From Nymphaea colorata (lineage: Eukaryota), in assembly GCF_008831285.2 (NCBI RefSeq), contig NC_045138.2, positions 39,742,001-39,806,000 on the forward strand: a DNA stretch of 64,000 nucleotides, written 5' to 3'. Of this stretch, positions 1 through 15,107 are shown one piece after another (the stretch's first letter is position 1; each line of letters begins with the position of its first letter). The notes beneath the pieces are model-generated. The model saw only the letters and a list, made by a program, of their open reading frames with translations, made no database searches and had not been told where the DNA came from. Both the position numbers and the translations under genes were made by a program.

Positions 1-1872
1 AATGATTAACGCCTAGAAATCAAATAGATGATTAGGCTCTCATAAGCATATCATTTCCACTAGCTACACTATACTTATGGGAGCCACACTTGACAATCAT
101 GAAGATACCACATTACTGAGCTGACCATACTTACGGTGCAACTGTTTACAAAATGCCGATTTAGCTTCAAACTATCCATTTACAGTCAAACAGAATTACC
201 AAGAAAATTTCCAGCTATTAAAATCGAGGCAAAAAAAAATAAAGAAATAATTTAAAATTAATCTTTAATTTATACTAAAACCCTGGAAACCGCCTAATTA
301 GTTGGCATGCTCAAGGACGTCAATCCTATGCCAACTAAAAAAATATTTCCCAAACTTTGCTTTTATCCCACAAACAGGAATACTAAAATAATGTTACTCT
401 ATGTACTTGAATGGCACAAGAACATCCCTGTTTGGTTTAATGAGATTTTGGGATTGGGGAGAAATTTTATTGCTGCTCTCACTAGAGTTTGACATGAAAA
501 CCTTCCAAAGATGTTTCAAAACGTGTTGATGTCTTACCAGACCAAGATAAACAAATGATTTTGCTTGATTTTTATGAGATCACCAATAAAATCAACTCTA
601 GTTGCGATATACATTTATTTTTAAAATTACTGAAATTACCATCTCTAAAAAGGTAAAACACGGACCCGTGTTACATATAAATAACCGCAATTATATTGTA
701 CTAATTCCAATCTCATAAGAACATGAATGAGATGAACAAGAGGCTATGTGTTATGTGTTATGAATTGAAAATGATTGATTATTGCAAGACGAAATAGAAC
801 TTGAATTTTTTTACAATATACAATTTACCAAATGCTACTGCAGTAAAAGATGGACCATTCTCTTACGTTAACCTTTCGTACCCTCTCTTGGCATCCCACT
901 CGTTAACCCTTTTTGGGCTTGATAGTTGGGTGCTTTTAAGCCTTAAGTGCGTTTTTGCTATTTTATCTAAAGTTGTATATTTTTGTAATTTTCTTTTTTT
1001 TTTATTAAGGCTGAACTGAAGCCCAAACTCCAACCCGGAGTCGGACCTAAGTTCCACATTATCCGTCGGGTTGAAATCCAAATGCCCGGATCCGTTTGCA
1101 TCGGCCACCGGATGAATCGGTTATGGCGGGAAACCAAAGGCTAACGTACGCGCGCTTCACTTCAGGAGGGAGCAACCGCACGCGCTGTCGACGGCAGCCA
1201 ACGCCGTTAGAGAGAGAGAGAGAGAATGACCGTGGGTCCCAAGGGGAGGAAGCCAGAAGGGATTGATTGGTCACAGTCGCTTCAGTTGCGCCAGAGAAGG
1301 GATTTGGAGCCTGGGTGCACTCAGGTGCGGGACCCACTTCCACTGAAAAAGAGCGGTTGCTCGCCGGCCGGCCGGTCGGCCTCATGATCTTCCGTCAGAA
1401 AAGGGATCGAGGCGGGAGCCTTCCCTCTCCCTCTCTTTCTTTCTCTCCTTGCCTCGGATGCTTGGCTCGTTAGTCGAGACAGAGAGAGGCAAAAGCCAAA
1501 ACGAGCGTGCCTACGTTTTGACTGCCAGTTTCTTTTCCGGCGACCAGCGTTACCTTGCCGGCGGGAATTGGATGTGCGTTTCTCTTTCTCCTTCTTCTCT
1601 TGTCCGCTCGATGCTTACTCGATCGCCGGAGGAGCCAAGGGAGCTCCGACTGGACGAGATTCTGGAACTGAGGCGCGTTTCTTGGGAGTCGGTACACGTG
1701 GTTTTCTCCCGCGATCTTCTGGAAATTTAGCGCTTTGAGGACTCAGGTTGTCTTCGGTTATTCGAGAGATGAGTCGATGCACGGTGTAGGGGGGGAAGAA
1801 GGCGGGATCGCGTTGGCAGCGTGACGTTGATAGGGGTCCAGTGCGGGGAGAAGAGACGATTGTGTCATCATC

Positions 1873-3584
1873 ATGACGCATTTCGCGAAGCTCGATGACT
1901 CCCCGATGTTTCGGAATCAGGTTAGGGATCGATCGTTCTGGTTTGGCGTGATTGTGTCTTGTAGTTGCTGCTGATTCGTAATTTTTGGTGGTTTTGGGCG
2001 TCTGTTTTTCCTTTGAAAGGGCGACGAGATCCGTCATTTGCTCCTTCGTTAATGTCGAAGTTTTTTTTCCTTCGATTGGATTGCCCTGTGAATTCAGAGA
2101 AAGAGTGGGTTGAACATTCTCTGTTGTCGTTTTGTTTTCCGAGAGCTGCTACCACTGTTGCCTTTTTACGTCGTTTTGTTTCCGAGGAGCTGCTTTTGCG
2201 GTTGCTCTTGTGACGATCTATAGTGTAGTCCCTCATTCTTAGTTCTGGGAATAGGTTATGTCCTCCCAGTTGTATTCGTTTTTGTCTAATTCTTGCTAGT
2301 TCTGGACAGGCCTTTCAATTCAAGGTGGGAACTGGTGTTATAAATGTTGAAAAGTTAACGGGCGAAGGGGGTAACGTTATTTCTGAAATTCGTGTGTCAA
2401 GGTTTCTGAATTTTTTGGATGTACGCAGCTTATAGTTTTTGTCTAATAAGGGTCGAGCTCCCTGGTGGTCGGGGAACATCTGGATCTTACCGCCCAAGTT
2501 CGCTAGCAGACAAGGCATGGGTTAATCACTTTCATGACAAAATCAGTGTTTTCCTTTTCCCTTCCCCCTTTTCTTCTGGCCATCCTAAAAAAAAACAATA
2601 TGTTTGATGTTCATTGCGAAACAAAAATGTTTATCTTAGCTGCCTGCATGTTTGCTTTCTGCATGCGTTTATTACCGGTACTATTTGTACGTTGTTGTCT
2701 CTAAGGTATGTTAGGATTGCTTTCATACACTTCGCATATTCCGAAGTCTGATAGAAGCTTACAAATTGTAATTGTTTACTGACTTTGGTCACTCTCCTCT
2801 TCCTAACTTGAACTTGTATCTGTGTCTAATAGACTTTACTAATTTGATCAGATTCAGTTACTGGAAGAAAGTACAGAGTCTTTGAGAGAAAGAAGTCTGA
2901 AGTTCTACAAAGGATGTCGCAAATACACGTATGTGTACTCTTATCTATCTCTTTTAACTTATTATGGTTTGTCGTGCTCAAGAAATTGCATCAGGACCTA
3001 CGTGTGTGTGATTTGTATGTAGATTTTTTTTGTTTTGTTTATATAAATACCTATGTGATATATATGCATCTAGATACATGTACACTGTACACGTGTTTCT
3101 TTGTGCATAAAAAATGGGGAACCATGGTAAATCAGAAAAGGAATATGCATCGCATGGAGGATTGAATGTTGCATCCTATTAAGTGAAAGCGGTGCATGTC
3201 TCCTTTTCCTTTATTAGCATAATACCATTATATGATGCAAGCCCTCTTGGCCCATGGTCAAAAGTGTATATGGTTACTGTGTGGTGTGCATAACTATAGA
3301 TAAATACACCTACTTCATAGTGAACTGTATAAATGCATGTGTGTACGTGTGTGCATGTATGAATTCTTTATGATTGATTAGTTTTTGGTGTTGACATCAG
3401 TGAAGGACTTGGTGAAGCATATGATGGGGACATTGCTTTTGCAAGCGCTCTTGAGATGTTTGGTGGAGGCCACAATGATCCGATTAGTGTTGCTTTTGGA
3501 GGTTTGCTTCTCTTAAATTTTTTCTGCACTGCTTCTCTTGTTACGAATTATTACACACAGGTCTTCTATGTACGGACTGTGGAT

Positions 3585-3649
<65 letters not shown>

Positions 3650-4412
3650 TTTGTCAGTATCTGTTTTGGTTCTTTGTCAGTTCAAAAACTTAACTTTTTC
3701 AATGTTCCCCACACCCCCCTCTTAAAAAGTCCCGTTTTATTGTGTACTTTAAGTATATATTTTGTTCTTTTAAAATGTTTAAAACTAATCTGATTTTTTG
3801 TCAATATTATTTGTAAGGAATTAGTCGAAAACTTATAATTTCCATAATTTTTTCTATTTATATTTAAAAGCTTTTGATTTTTTTAAAGTTTTCGAGATTT
3901 TCCAACAAAAACAAAAATCTTAGAAAAACTTATGGGTACTAGAAGTTCCTATAGTAATATTTGTGATTATGGTTCAGGCTTGCTACCATTTTGTAAATTT
4001 GGCAGTTGGCACCAAGTTTTCATCTGTGTTACCATGCTGCTCTGTTGTAGTGGTTAGTGAAAGGGAATAACATCCTTGTCATTTTAGGCCCTGCTATGAC
4101 TAAATTTACTATTGCATTGAGGGAAATTGGCACCTACAAAGAGGTTCTACGTTCTCAGGTAAATGGTTGGATCTAATGTCTACAATTATTAATTTTCACG
4201 TAGCTGTGATTTCAATGGTGTAGATCTTACTTGATCAGACATACAACCATTTTCGTTAAACCTATTCTATGAGGTTTGATTGACTAGATCTATTAATTTC
4301 GTTATAGTTTTAGTGACTAAATGTTGCATCATGAGTTCTCGGTGGTAAAATCCTGATTGGAATTTGAAGACCTATGTCACATAGATGTGGGTGTGGATGC
4401 AAAGAGGATATA

Positions 4413-4451
<39 letters not shown>

Positions 4452-5099
4452 ATATATATATATTATATAATTGAATGTTGATCACTCAACCATCTAATTA
4501 GAACTGTCTGATCCATCATGTTAGACGGTTAAGAGAAGCGGTAATTTTTCAGAACATTTTAAGAGAAGCAGGACAAAAATCAGAAACTAAAAAACTACAT
4601 ATCATGTTCTTTTCAGTACTGCTTACCTCAAAAAATTCAAGGCAAATCTGCAAATCTACTGAAAAAACCAAAGCAAATCCTACCTGCACAAGGACAGAGC
4701 ACTAGAGATTTGCTGGGTGCCAGAAAATGTACCCAGCCATTGGAGGTTTCCTGTGGCTGCCTCTCAATGGACGCCGCCAATGTGCTCTGCCGGTAGGTTG
4801 GGAACGTCGCCATAAGTTGGAAATGTTCCTGTTTTGAGTTTCCCCAATTTTGAACAACAAAAACCCTAAATTGCATCGAGTTGTTTTCCCATCTATCAAT
4901 GAAATGTTTCTAACGTCTTACATTTTACATTTTAGTCCTTTTTTTTACAAATTTACCATTTAAGATTTTTAAAAATTACAATTGATGCCACCACCTGAAA
5001 AAAAAAATTGCTTTTAAAAAGGACCAAAAAATCATACATGTTTTTTTTTTACCTTTTTTTTTGAAAAAGAACGCTCTTTCTTCGCTTTTTTTCGTGACA

Positions 5100-5138
<39 letters not shown>

Positions 5139-8100
5139 GATTCTAAAGAGGAAAGCAAAGCTGCACATGCACCGGAGTCATGTCGACTGGGTCAGTAGCA
5201 ACCTTTCTAAAGAGTGTCTTACATAGTTCAAGATAGGCGCTGAAGGTATGGATTGTGTTGCATGTTCTTTTGAAGATATCATAGTTATATATCTATGTCA
5301 CATAGGTACGGGTACGGGTGCGGGTACGGACCATTTTCAAAAATTTTGGGTACGGGGGTACGGCCGTACGCACGCAGATATATATATCAAAAAATTTCAA
5401 ACAGAATAACATAACCAATAGAAACAACCAAACATAAAGAATGAGCATATATGCTGCCAATTGCCATACTTTGAAGATTATGCCTTCAAGAGCATACAAG
5501 AAAAAGAAAGCAGAAACAACAAAAATCAAGAAGTATCGTCTCTGCGCACAAGAAACCACTGAAGCGATAATCACCATTGGAGCAAGCGTACACAGCGAAG
5601 CACCTCATATACTCTAATGAACAAAAATTTTGCTAACAGATCGAAAAAAACCGTTTCTCGTGCCAACAGTTTCTGATATATTCACTGTTAAAAGTTAAAA
5701 CCTTTTCAACATCAAAATAAGAAATGATATATCACAACAATATGAGAAATGCATCAATACTAGAGATGATATATCACATCAAAATAAGAAAGGATATGTC
5801 TGCAATTTATAAATCAATGAATCATTAAAACAAGAACATGGGTCAAAGCAGAAAACCCATCACACGGAAAACAGACAAAGAGAGAGATTTGAAACCCTCT
5901 CGGGTAGAGAAGGGGCGAGTAGAAAACCCATCGCATAGGCTTTCAGGCGATGGGTTTTCTACCGGCTGTCGCTGGCGGCGAAGGCAGGGGTGGAGCCGAT
6001 GAAAATGAAAAGAAAAATGAAAAAAGCAACGTGACAGTCACCTCCTGCCGTCGCCGCTGTCGTCGCCGCCCCTGCCGTCGCCTGTTGCCGCTGCGTTTTG
6101 CCGCTGCCTTCGTCGCCGGACTCGTGAGAGACGAGAGGTAAGACAAACGAGAAAGGGTTTCGTAACATTCGTTTTAAGTTTTTTTTTTTAACATTAAAAT
6201 GTTTTTAAAAGTTTAAATGAAATAAACGTTAAAAAAAAACAGACAAAATTGAACTCAGTCAAATTTGACCGTGTCCAATTTTGGACGGATACAGTCTCTG
6301 GTGCGTTGATCGTACCCGGTACGGTCAACGCCGCACCGTACCCATACCCAGGCCCGTACCCGTACCAGTACCCGTGTCGTACCGGTATCGGCCGGGTACG
6401 CCTCCCCCACGTTACTTAGTATATATGGTACTAAGTTACAAACATGACCATTTTTAGAAAAATCTAAGGAAGTCCTTGCAATAAGGCTCCATGCTCTTCT
6501 TTGTGTCATGATGGGCCTGTTATCATCAAAGCAATCACAATGCCCTTCCCTACCTATAGTTGCTAGTAACTGATATAGGATTATAGATTTATAGGTGTTG
6601 AAATGGTGCAAAAAAATGTACTACTGGCATAGAAGGTTTAAAAAATTTTGGGTAGTTGAAGATGAAGACTAATTTAGTTTCAGAAACATTTGCATCCACT
6701 GCTACCACTGCTACCATAATTTCTTAAAAGTCACATAGAAAAACTCAGTTTAAGTAATGTCTTTGTATTATTGGTGTCTTTATGGTATTGATGGTTTCAC
6801 ACATATGAAAAAGCCATGCAGTTGAGATTCACTTAAATTGTAGTTGGGAAGAGCTTCTAGTACAGATGCAATGAGTTTCCAAATAATTAGGACAAATTTC
6901 TTGATCGTTTAATCCTTCTACTTATAGTTCCCAGTGAGCTTTTATGCCAGTGTTTAGTATGTTTCTTGTGACAAGATATGTACGGTATCTGGGTATGTGA
7001 GTACAAAAGCATTTTTAAGCTTATCTAGGTAACAAGATTGATTTTATTTACTTATTTTAGTAATGGAGGACACTTGTTTTCTTGGACCACTAGAACACGT
7101 TTCTGTTTATCACTTTCTCTCTAACATCCCCAGATTACCACTTTTCTTTTCTACCTCACTGCAAGGTTGGCCTCACCTTTGCAATAGCATAGGAACATGC
7201 TTGTGCATCTTAGGCCCAAAGGTCATGGTAAGGAAACCCCAGACAAGCATATTTTCCCCTGGCTGATGAACAGGCAGTGGTGTCCAAATGGCAACATTTT
7301 CATTCTCTGGGTACGGTTATCGCCCACACTGGTTACATGCATGAATTTCTAAGAAAACTTAGATTGATGGTTTATTCCTGCAGGCATGTCATGTGAATGT
7401 ATATGTGCACTCAATTATTTTGGATAATGACTCATGATTTTGGTGAAATCTACGTACATGCAAGTGGAGGCACTCTGTGCATTCTAAAGCATTGTTCTTG
7501 CTGGTTTTTGTTGTTATTCTTGTTTCTTGCATACTGATATGTAGCCTCTTGTTTTGACAGGTTGAGCATATGCTTAATGATAGGTTACTGCAATTTGTAA
7601 ATATCAATTTGCAGGATGTCAAGGTAATTCAGCCAAAGAATTTCATCACTGTGTTCCTAATTTCCTTTCCTATAATTAATGCAAACAATATATGTTGGTA
7701 CCATTGTTAACAAAGAGAAATAGTATTGTTGCTCTCCTGAGTTTCTCTGGTTGTGAATGATGCTGTGTGGCCACTGACAGTTTAAACAGTATGAACTTAC
7801 TGAGTTGTGATTAAAATATGTCAAAGCACCTAGATGGAAAAAGAAAATTATTTTATTGTGCATGTCTTCTCCATATGCATGAATGCATGCAAGTGCGCCT
7901 TATTTCAGCAGTTTGCTTAGTTGCTAGGAAGGCTTGTGGAGAAATCCATCACCCATAACTTCATTGAGCCAAAAGGCATCAACTCTTTCATGCAGGTCTT
8001 AGGAATGTATCATGATCCAGGAATTCTAGCACATGTACAATGAAAAAATGTCTATGTACAAAACTTTCATAGACATTGTTTAATTGGGCAAAATGTTTAT

Positions 8101-11100
8101 GAGAAGGAATTCTAGCACATGTACAATTTGTTTTCCCTTTTTATATAGTGCCAACCAAGCATATTAGTGGCTTACCATTGTTTGACAACTTGATTTGTAT
8201 AATTGTGTGATATACAGGTCCAGTAGAGGCAGTTTTTCTGTGCTTGTTGGCAGTTACCTGTTGTGGTAGAAAGCGATATGTCTGGTTGCATTCTTTTGAA
8301 CTCAATAATTGTGCCCATTCCTCGTTTAAACTAACAAACAAACTACCTTGATCTTTGAACGTATTTCTTCCCTGTATTCTATCATAAAGAGTCCTTAATT
8401 TTGTAAGTATTCTACCTGAGACCATTTTATTTCTTGTCTTCTTTGTGTAGACATCCTTGAACTATGTGGCAGATTTTTTTCTGTTTCATTTTTCGTGGGA
8501 TATTCTCATGCAAAGTTTTGGGTGTCTCTTGAAGTACTAGAAGTAAGTTCATTGTTTCTCAAATATTAAAGGTGAAAATGAACCTAGCAACAAAAGTCTT
8601 CTTGAACAACATTCTCTTGCTTTTGTTTTTTCAAAAGTCTTCCTTACATCCCTTACAATTTCCTTATATAATGGTGGACCCACACCCTCACCCTAGACTT
8701 GCGCTCATGTTCCAAAGATGAAGTGGTAAATGTGATTTTTTTGGGTTGTTAACATGTCATACATATATTTCTTTCATTACAGGAAGCACGAAAGCGCTTT
8801 GATAAGGCAAGCCTCATTTATGACCAGGTGCAGTCTGAAGATTCTCTTTGATTTTACCTTTGCTGTCTATGTCTAACCAGATGTATAGTGTGAGGTGCCT
8901 GTCAAAATGCAATCCCTTAAGCTAATACAATGGCATGAGTACAGAGCACTGTGCTCAAATGAGCTACAAGGAAGCAATTATGCTCAAACACAAAAAGTTT
9001 ACGATCTGGAGGGTTCTAAGGCACAAAACAAACATGAAAATGTTACTTCTATCAAATTTCAAGATGTTACTAAGAGCATGATGTAGTAAGGTGTTCAGGA
9101 CCCTACATGCATTATGTAGAAAAGAAAAATATGAAACATCTATTCTGCCAGTCCAGACTCCAGATTGCTAGAACTGTAGACGTTGGGATCAGTTGAACAG
9201 CAGGTTTGGTGATAAGACTTATGAGCAAACTACCCTTTACAAGGAAAAGTACAAAAAAATTAATGAAATACAAAAAAGAAAAAAGTAAGAAAACCAAAAA
9301 TTGAAATGTACACATATATATATATATAAAGTTTTCAAGTATGAGCACTTGCATTCACTAACCTCAACCATGTAACTAATATTTTTTTATGACAGAAATG
9401 AACATGTCTTAGATGGTTTTCAAAAAGTCAACTAACAATTTAACTTTATTAGTTGATAGTTTCCTTTTGAGTTATGATGAAGACTTACAAGTTACAGCCG
9501 TAGATCTAGCATAATCCAATGGTTGAGATTGGTGCACAACTAGTACTCACAGTGCCATCTTGGTCATCCGTCCTTTAACAGTGCAGTTGTTTGTATCTCC
9601 TTGGGTAGTCTGGTGATATGTTCTTTTGGTTGTCATTTTCGTCTTCTAATGTTGTTTCTCCTGTTTGTATTGGTGATGCTTTCAATTCCTTTATTCCATT
9701 TTTTGGATTGACCAACAGAAAATGAAGTTTGAATTCCATTCATGTGTTGGGTTTTCTCAAAAGAGAATTTTGGTTTGCCTTGATCTCCCATTTTTCTCAA
9801 GCATTTTTCCTTTTTTCCTTAATATTCTTCTTGCTTATGTTACTCAGGAAACTGTGTCTGAAATAAAGCTCATCAGGGGCTTGAGCAGGTGCTTCTAGCT
9901 TGCTGTGAAGCCCCTTTCCTCCATTTGTTCATATTCATGACCCATTTGACCTCATGGAATTATCTAATTGAAAACCAAGCAGATATGACTAAAAAAAAAT
10001 TGAAACTCTGGAATGTGTATAACCAGGGAAACCATCTTCATAATGGTAATGTTTCTGTCTTGCTGAATGCAGCTTAAGTCCGTTTGCCTTTGATAGGAGG
10101 CAGGAAAATTCAGGAAAAAGGGGGTGAACTGAGTTGCATGAACAATCTGCTTTCACATGGTGTTTGTCTTCTGTTAATGCACTCTGCTACAGATGCTAAT
10201 TTATTCAAATAAAGGCCCAGAATTATCCTTCTTTATCACAGTTGCTACTTTCTGGGCCTATTCTTTGTCCTTAAGATTGGTGAGATTCTACAACCTAGTG
10301 GGCATATACAAGCGTTTTCAGAAGCTGAAAATGGAAGTTATTGTTTAATCCCCATTTGTCCTAAATTCGAAAAACAAAGACTTTACAAAGACTTTATTTT
10401 TCTATTGGAAATTCCACAATTTGCTGAAATTTACTGAAGTTGCTCGTTTCCACCTGGAAGTAATCTTTGTCCTAAGGAGATCATGGTTTAATATTATTAT
10501 TATTTTGAAAGTATGTGATGTGGTCATGAGCGATAAGTCCCATAAGTAGCAATAGTGTCCAATAATTATCCACTGTGGGTGGGACCGTTAGGATGATTAT
10601 ACGCAATGGGCACGTATATGTTTTCTTATGTAAATGAAGTTTCTGAGTTTATTTGGGGGTGCTATGGAATTAGACGTGTTTTCTGTACTTCAATGTGATG
10701 ATGAAGGATGTAGTTGTCTGCTAATTTTTCAGTATTTATGTTACATACTTATAGTGTCAGTTGGTAAAGAGTCTAGGTTGTCAGATGATAGATTTTTGCA
10801 GCTATTCAGGTTGATAGTATAAATTATAAAAAACAATTCATCTGTTGACTTTGTCATTTATACTTTGGGTTCATTAATCCTAAATTCCAATTTTTTGCTA
10901 CAGACACGAGAAAAGTTTTTGTCACTTAGGAAAAGCACCAAGATGGATATTGTTGCTGTTACAGAGGAGGTATTGATTCTATGTTAACCTTCAAATTTCT
11001 AGCAACTTATGCCTGTCTTAGTATAAGTTCTGATTTGGGTGTAGATGTATTCCAGGAACTTCACAGTGCAAGAGCTTCTTTTGAACAGGCCCGCTTCAAT

Positions 11101-14100
11101 CTGGTATATATGATTTGTACAGTATTTTGTTTATCAGACACCGACATTCAGGCAGCACATATACACACATGCACCAGTCACAAGTTATTACTATTAAACA
11201 GCGACTGGGAAGAACAAGTGTTGAAGTTACTGCTTAGTGTGTCTCCTTCTTGAGTTTAACATGCCTTCTTTACAGGTCACTGTGTTATCAAATGTGGAAT
11301 CAAAGAAAAGGTTTGAGTTCTTGGAGGCTGTTAGTTTAACAATGGAAGCTCATCTTCGCTATTTTAAGCAAGTGTGTCAGTCAACCTATTTTTATGAACA
11401 TATGGTAGCTTAAGTGAAGCATTGAGTTCCTCATTATTTATATTTGTTTGCAGGGTTACGAGTTGCTGCACCAAATGGAGCCTTATATCCATCAGGTTGG
11501 CACTTTTTGATCTTGCAGTTATCTCTGGACATTCTCATAGACTGAAGCATCTCAGAAACATTTGCTGAACTGTATTTTTTGTGCCAAATTTTTATGGAGA
11601 AGAACTTTTCTGGCCTTTGGCTAAGATCAAATGTCAAAGCCTTGGAAAAATTTCATGTGAGGAATGGTAATTGTTTTGATGAATGTTGTTTTATCAAATT
11701 GCAGTTTAGACTACTTAATTTAAGTGGCTCCAAGTATCTTGTCAATGACATCATCTATACAACATAACATTTACCAATCGCCCTGTCCTGAACTTTGATT
11801 CTTAGGACTGTTAGAGATTTGAGCATCCTAAAATAGCATAGTGAATTGAAAGGAGAAGTCATAGTCATTTTGGTATGGAAGCCAAAGTTAACAAACTGTC
11901 AGCAATTTGAATGCCCTGGGCAACCAAGGTTTAGCTGAATCATTTGAAGGATGAGAGTAAGAAAGTTTTATGAGGTGGAACCTGGAAGACAGTGGTACAA
12001 CCAATCATCTACAACATGAAAATGACACGTATCTAAGTAGATATTTACACTTGGCAAATAAAAATACACAACTATTTCTGTAATTTGTCTGAGACTGATG
12101 TGAAAGGTATTTTGTAAAATGTCTTTATGTATGCATTTTCCTGACTGTACTTTTTTCACTTGTCACTAAGTGTTCAGCTGTTTCTTTATTTAAAACATCT
12201 GTAGGTGTTGACTTATGGACAGCAGTCAAGAGAAAAATCCAACTATGACCAGGCTGCTCTTGCTGAGAGAATGCAGGAATACAGAAGACAAATAGATCGT
12301 GAAAGTAGGTGGCCTTCTAGTGGCTCTCATGGTTCACCTACAAGGGATGGAATACAGACCATTGGCAGGAGTTCACATAAGATGATAGAGGCAGTTATGC
12401 AATCAGCCATAAAGGGAAAGGTGGCTTCTGAAGTTGAATTTATTTGGCATGAACATTTTTCCATTTTCCTAATTGATAGCTGTTGTGCATTCTGTGTTCA
12501 GGAAATTTTTTCACTTGTCATTCTTCTATATGTTTCCTTCTAATGAATTCTGAAAATTTTGTTTTTGTTCCATTATGATTGTATTTTGTGACTCAGGTTC
12601 AAACTATCCGGCAAGGATATCTTTCAAAACGTTCATCAAACCTGAGGGGTGATTGGAAGAGAAGATTCTTTGTTCTTGATAGCCGAGGAATGTTATATTA
12701 TTATCGCACACAATCTGGAAGGCCATCTGTGAGTTGTTTACCATAAAATATGATAGAAGATTTCAGGCATTTGGTTCTTACTTTTGTTTACTCAAGTTTT
12801 TCTTTTTTTTCCCCAACACTCCATTATTTGTTTAGGGAGGTGGAAGCCAAAATTCTTATAGTTCCTCTGAACATGGTTCTGGGTTGCTGGGCAGATGGCT
12901 TTCTTCCCATTACCATGGTGGTGTGCATGATGAGAAGTCTGTTCCACATCATACAGTTAATCTGCTCACGTCCACAATTAAGGTTGATGCAGAACAATCA
13001 GATCTTCGCTTTTGCTTTAGGATTATTTCTCCATCAAAGAACTACACATTGCAGGTAATAGTTTGTATCATTATGATCGATTGATTTGTGGTGCTGATCA
13101 GTGTGTTATTGATCTTTTTAGCAATCTTCAAGCATTGGACTTCTGCATCAAGATTCTGAAATTTGACCATTTCTGTCTTTGATATTTCCATTTTTTTTCT
13201 GCAGGCAGAGAGCGCACTGGATCAAATGGATTGGATTGAAAAGATAACTGGAGTAATTGCATCATTGCTTAGTTTCCAATCGCCTGAGTTGGTAGGTTGT
13301 CCACAAAATTTTTGTGCAAATAACTCTTTTTCAACTTCAAACTATACATGTGTCAATTCCTCTTCTTTCTTCCTTCTTTGATTTATTAGCTTTCCAGGGA
13401 CTGCCTTCTAGCCCAATGGGAAGTGGTCATCATCATACTGCTAGTGAAAGCAGTTCTTTAGAAATCCCTTCTGATGCTGATGATGCAGCTTTGGGGGAAT
13501 GTACTTCAGACAAGAACTTGATTACAGGAAATCATGAACATTCTACTAGAAGCATACAGCAGCACAGGTCCAGCATGAAACGCGAGAAGCCCATTGAAGT
13601 GCTGAGGAGAGTTGATGGCAATGACAAATGTGCAGATTGTGGGGCTCCTGAGCCAGATTGGGCCTCTTTGAACCTTGGCATTCTTCTTTGCATTGAATGC
13701 TCTGGTGTCCACCGTAATCTTGGTGTACATATATCAAAGGTACATTCATAGTTATGTTCAGGAGTAGTTACTCAACCTATTGTTTCCCCTCATAAACAAG
13801 TAATTGGCAAATGAAAATTTGTTTTGAGTATTATACTGCGATGGGCTGATGGTTAAGTTTCCCGGACCTCTTTATCCCAGGTTCTCACATTTATGCTGCA
13901 TCAGTTAATGTTTCGAGAGGAAAGCATGAGAAAAAGCATCAACATCCTCTTCCATCATTTGCATGCATATGTGCACTTGTGCTTACTTTCTGCAAAAATA
14001 TGTATTTTACTAGTGGATCAATTTCAAGTCTTTCTAGTAGGAGCACTTATTTATGTGTGCATACAAGTAATTGAGCCATTTACTGGAATATAGTCGTGCA

Positions 14101-15072
14101 CATGCCATGATTAAAAACCATCCCAGCTGATTGCTTCAGCTTGCAAAAACATGAGGAAGCAAAAAAGCAAACATGGATAATGTCCTTTCAGAGGCTTGGT
14201 TCATTACAATGTTTATTTCCTTCAAAGAAACATGAGGAAGCAAAAAAGCAAACATGGATAATGTCCTTTCAGAGGCTTGGTTCATTACAATGTTTATTTC
14301 CTTCAAAGGTAATCTTGGTTGTGGCAGGCACACTGGCTGGCTGGAGGCTCGTATGAAGCAAATAGGTGTAAGAAAATTTCCTGCAAATAGGAAACTTGAT
14401 TAGGAAATTGGGGTTATATCCAATTCCTTGCATGAAGGAAAGAACAGGGTCATTCCGAAACATGTTTTTTTAACTTAACAATCATTACTTACCAATCCCC
14501 CCATCATCAATATATGAATGTTAGTTTCTGTGCGACGGACAGTGCCCTTAATGCTATCTCAAGATGTTGTATAAGGGAGAGAGTGAGATACTTTACAGTT
14601 TGTCTCCTAAGTCACCTGGACGCTGCAATTTAACTGCCACACCCATGTCGACACGACTCGGGTGCGGCTCGGATTCGCACTCGACTCGGGTCAACAAGAG
14701 TTGGGTGCGGCTGACCGTGCCCGATCATTTTTGTCCATTTTGGACGCACCCCCGACTCGCATCAAATGCAAGTCGGGTGCGGTCAAACCTCGTCAAGCCT
14801 ATTTTTGCCCTTTTTTGATATTTTTTTATTTTAAAAAATTTTAACGTTAAAAGGAGGGTTTAACATTTTTTTTTCCATTTTTGTGTTCTGTTGTTTTTTG
14901 TTTACTTGTTTAACGTTTGTACTTTGTAAGCATGTTAATGCTTAATATGTTACATTCATATACACAGTACATTATAACTTATAAGTATGTAATATATAAT
15001 ATTCATATATAATTTATAAAGTGTGTAGTGTAGAGTGTATAGACTATAGTGTATACTCTAAATTTCTTAATT

Positions 15073-15107
<35 letters not shown>

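Noticed and set aside
4862..4870. Telo-box AAACCCTAA
   Set aside because: Single copy deep inside an intronic element, not near a transcription start.
5943..6611. Arg/Ala-rich ORFs inside AGD intron 4
   Set aside because: They arise from low-complexity GCC/CGT and GTACCC repeats inside a non-autonomous element; no transposase motifs.
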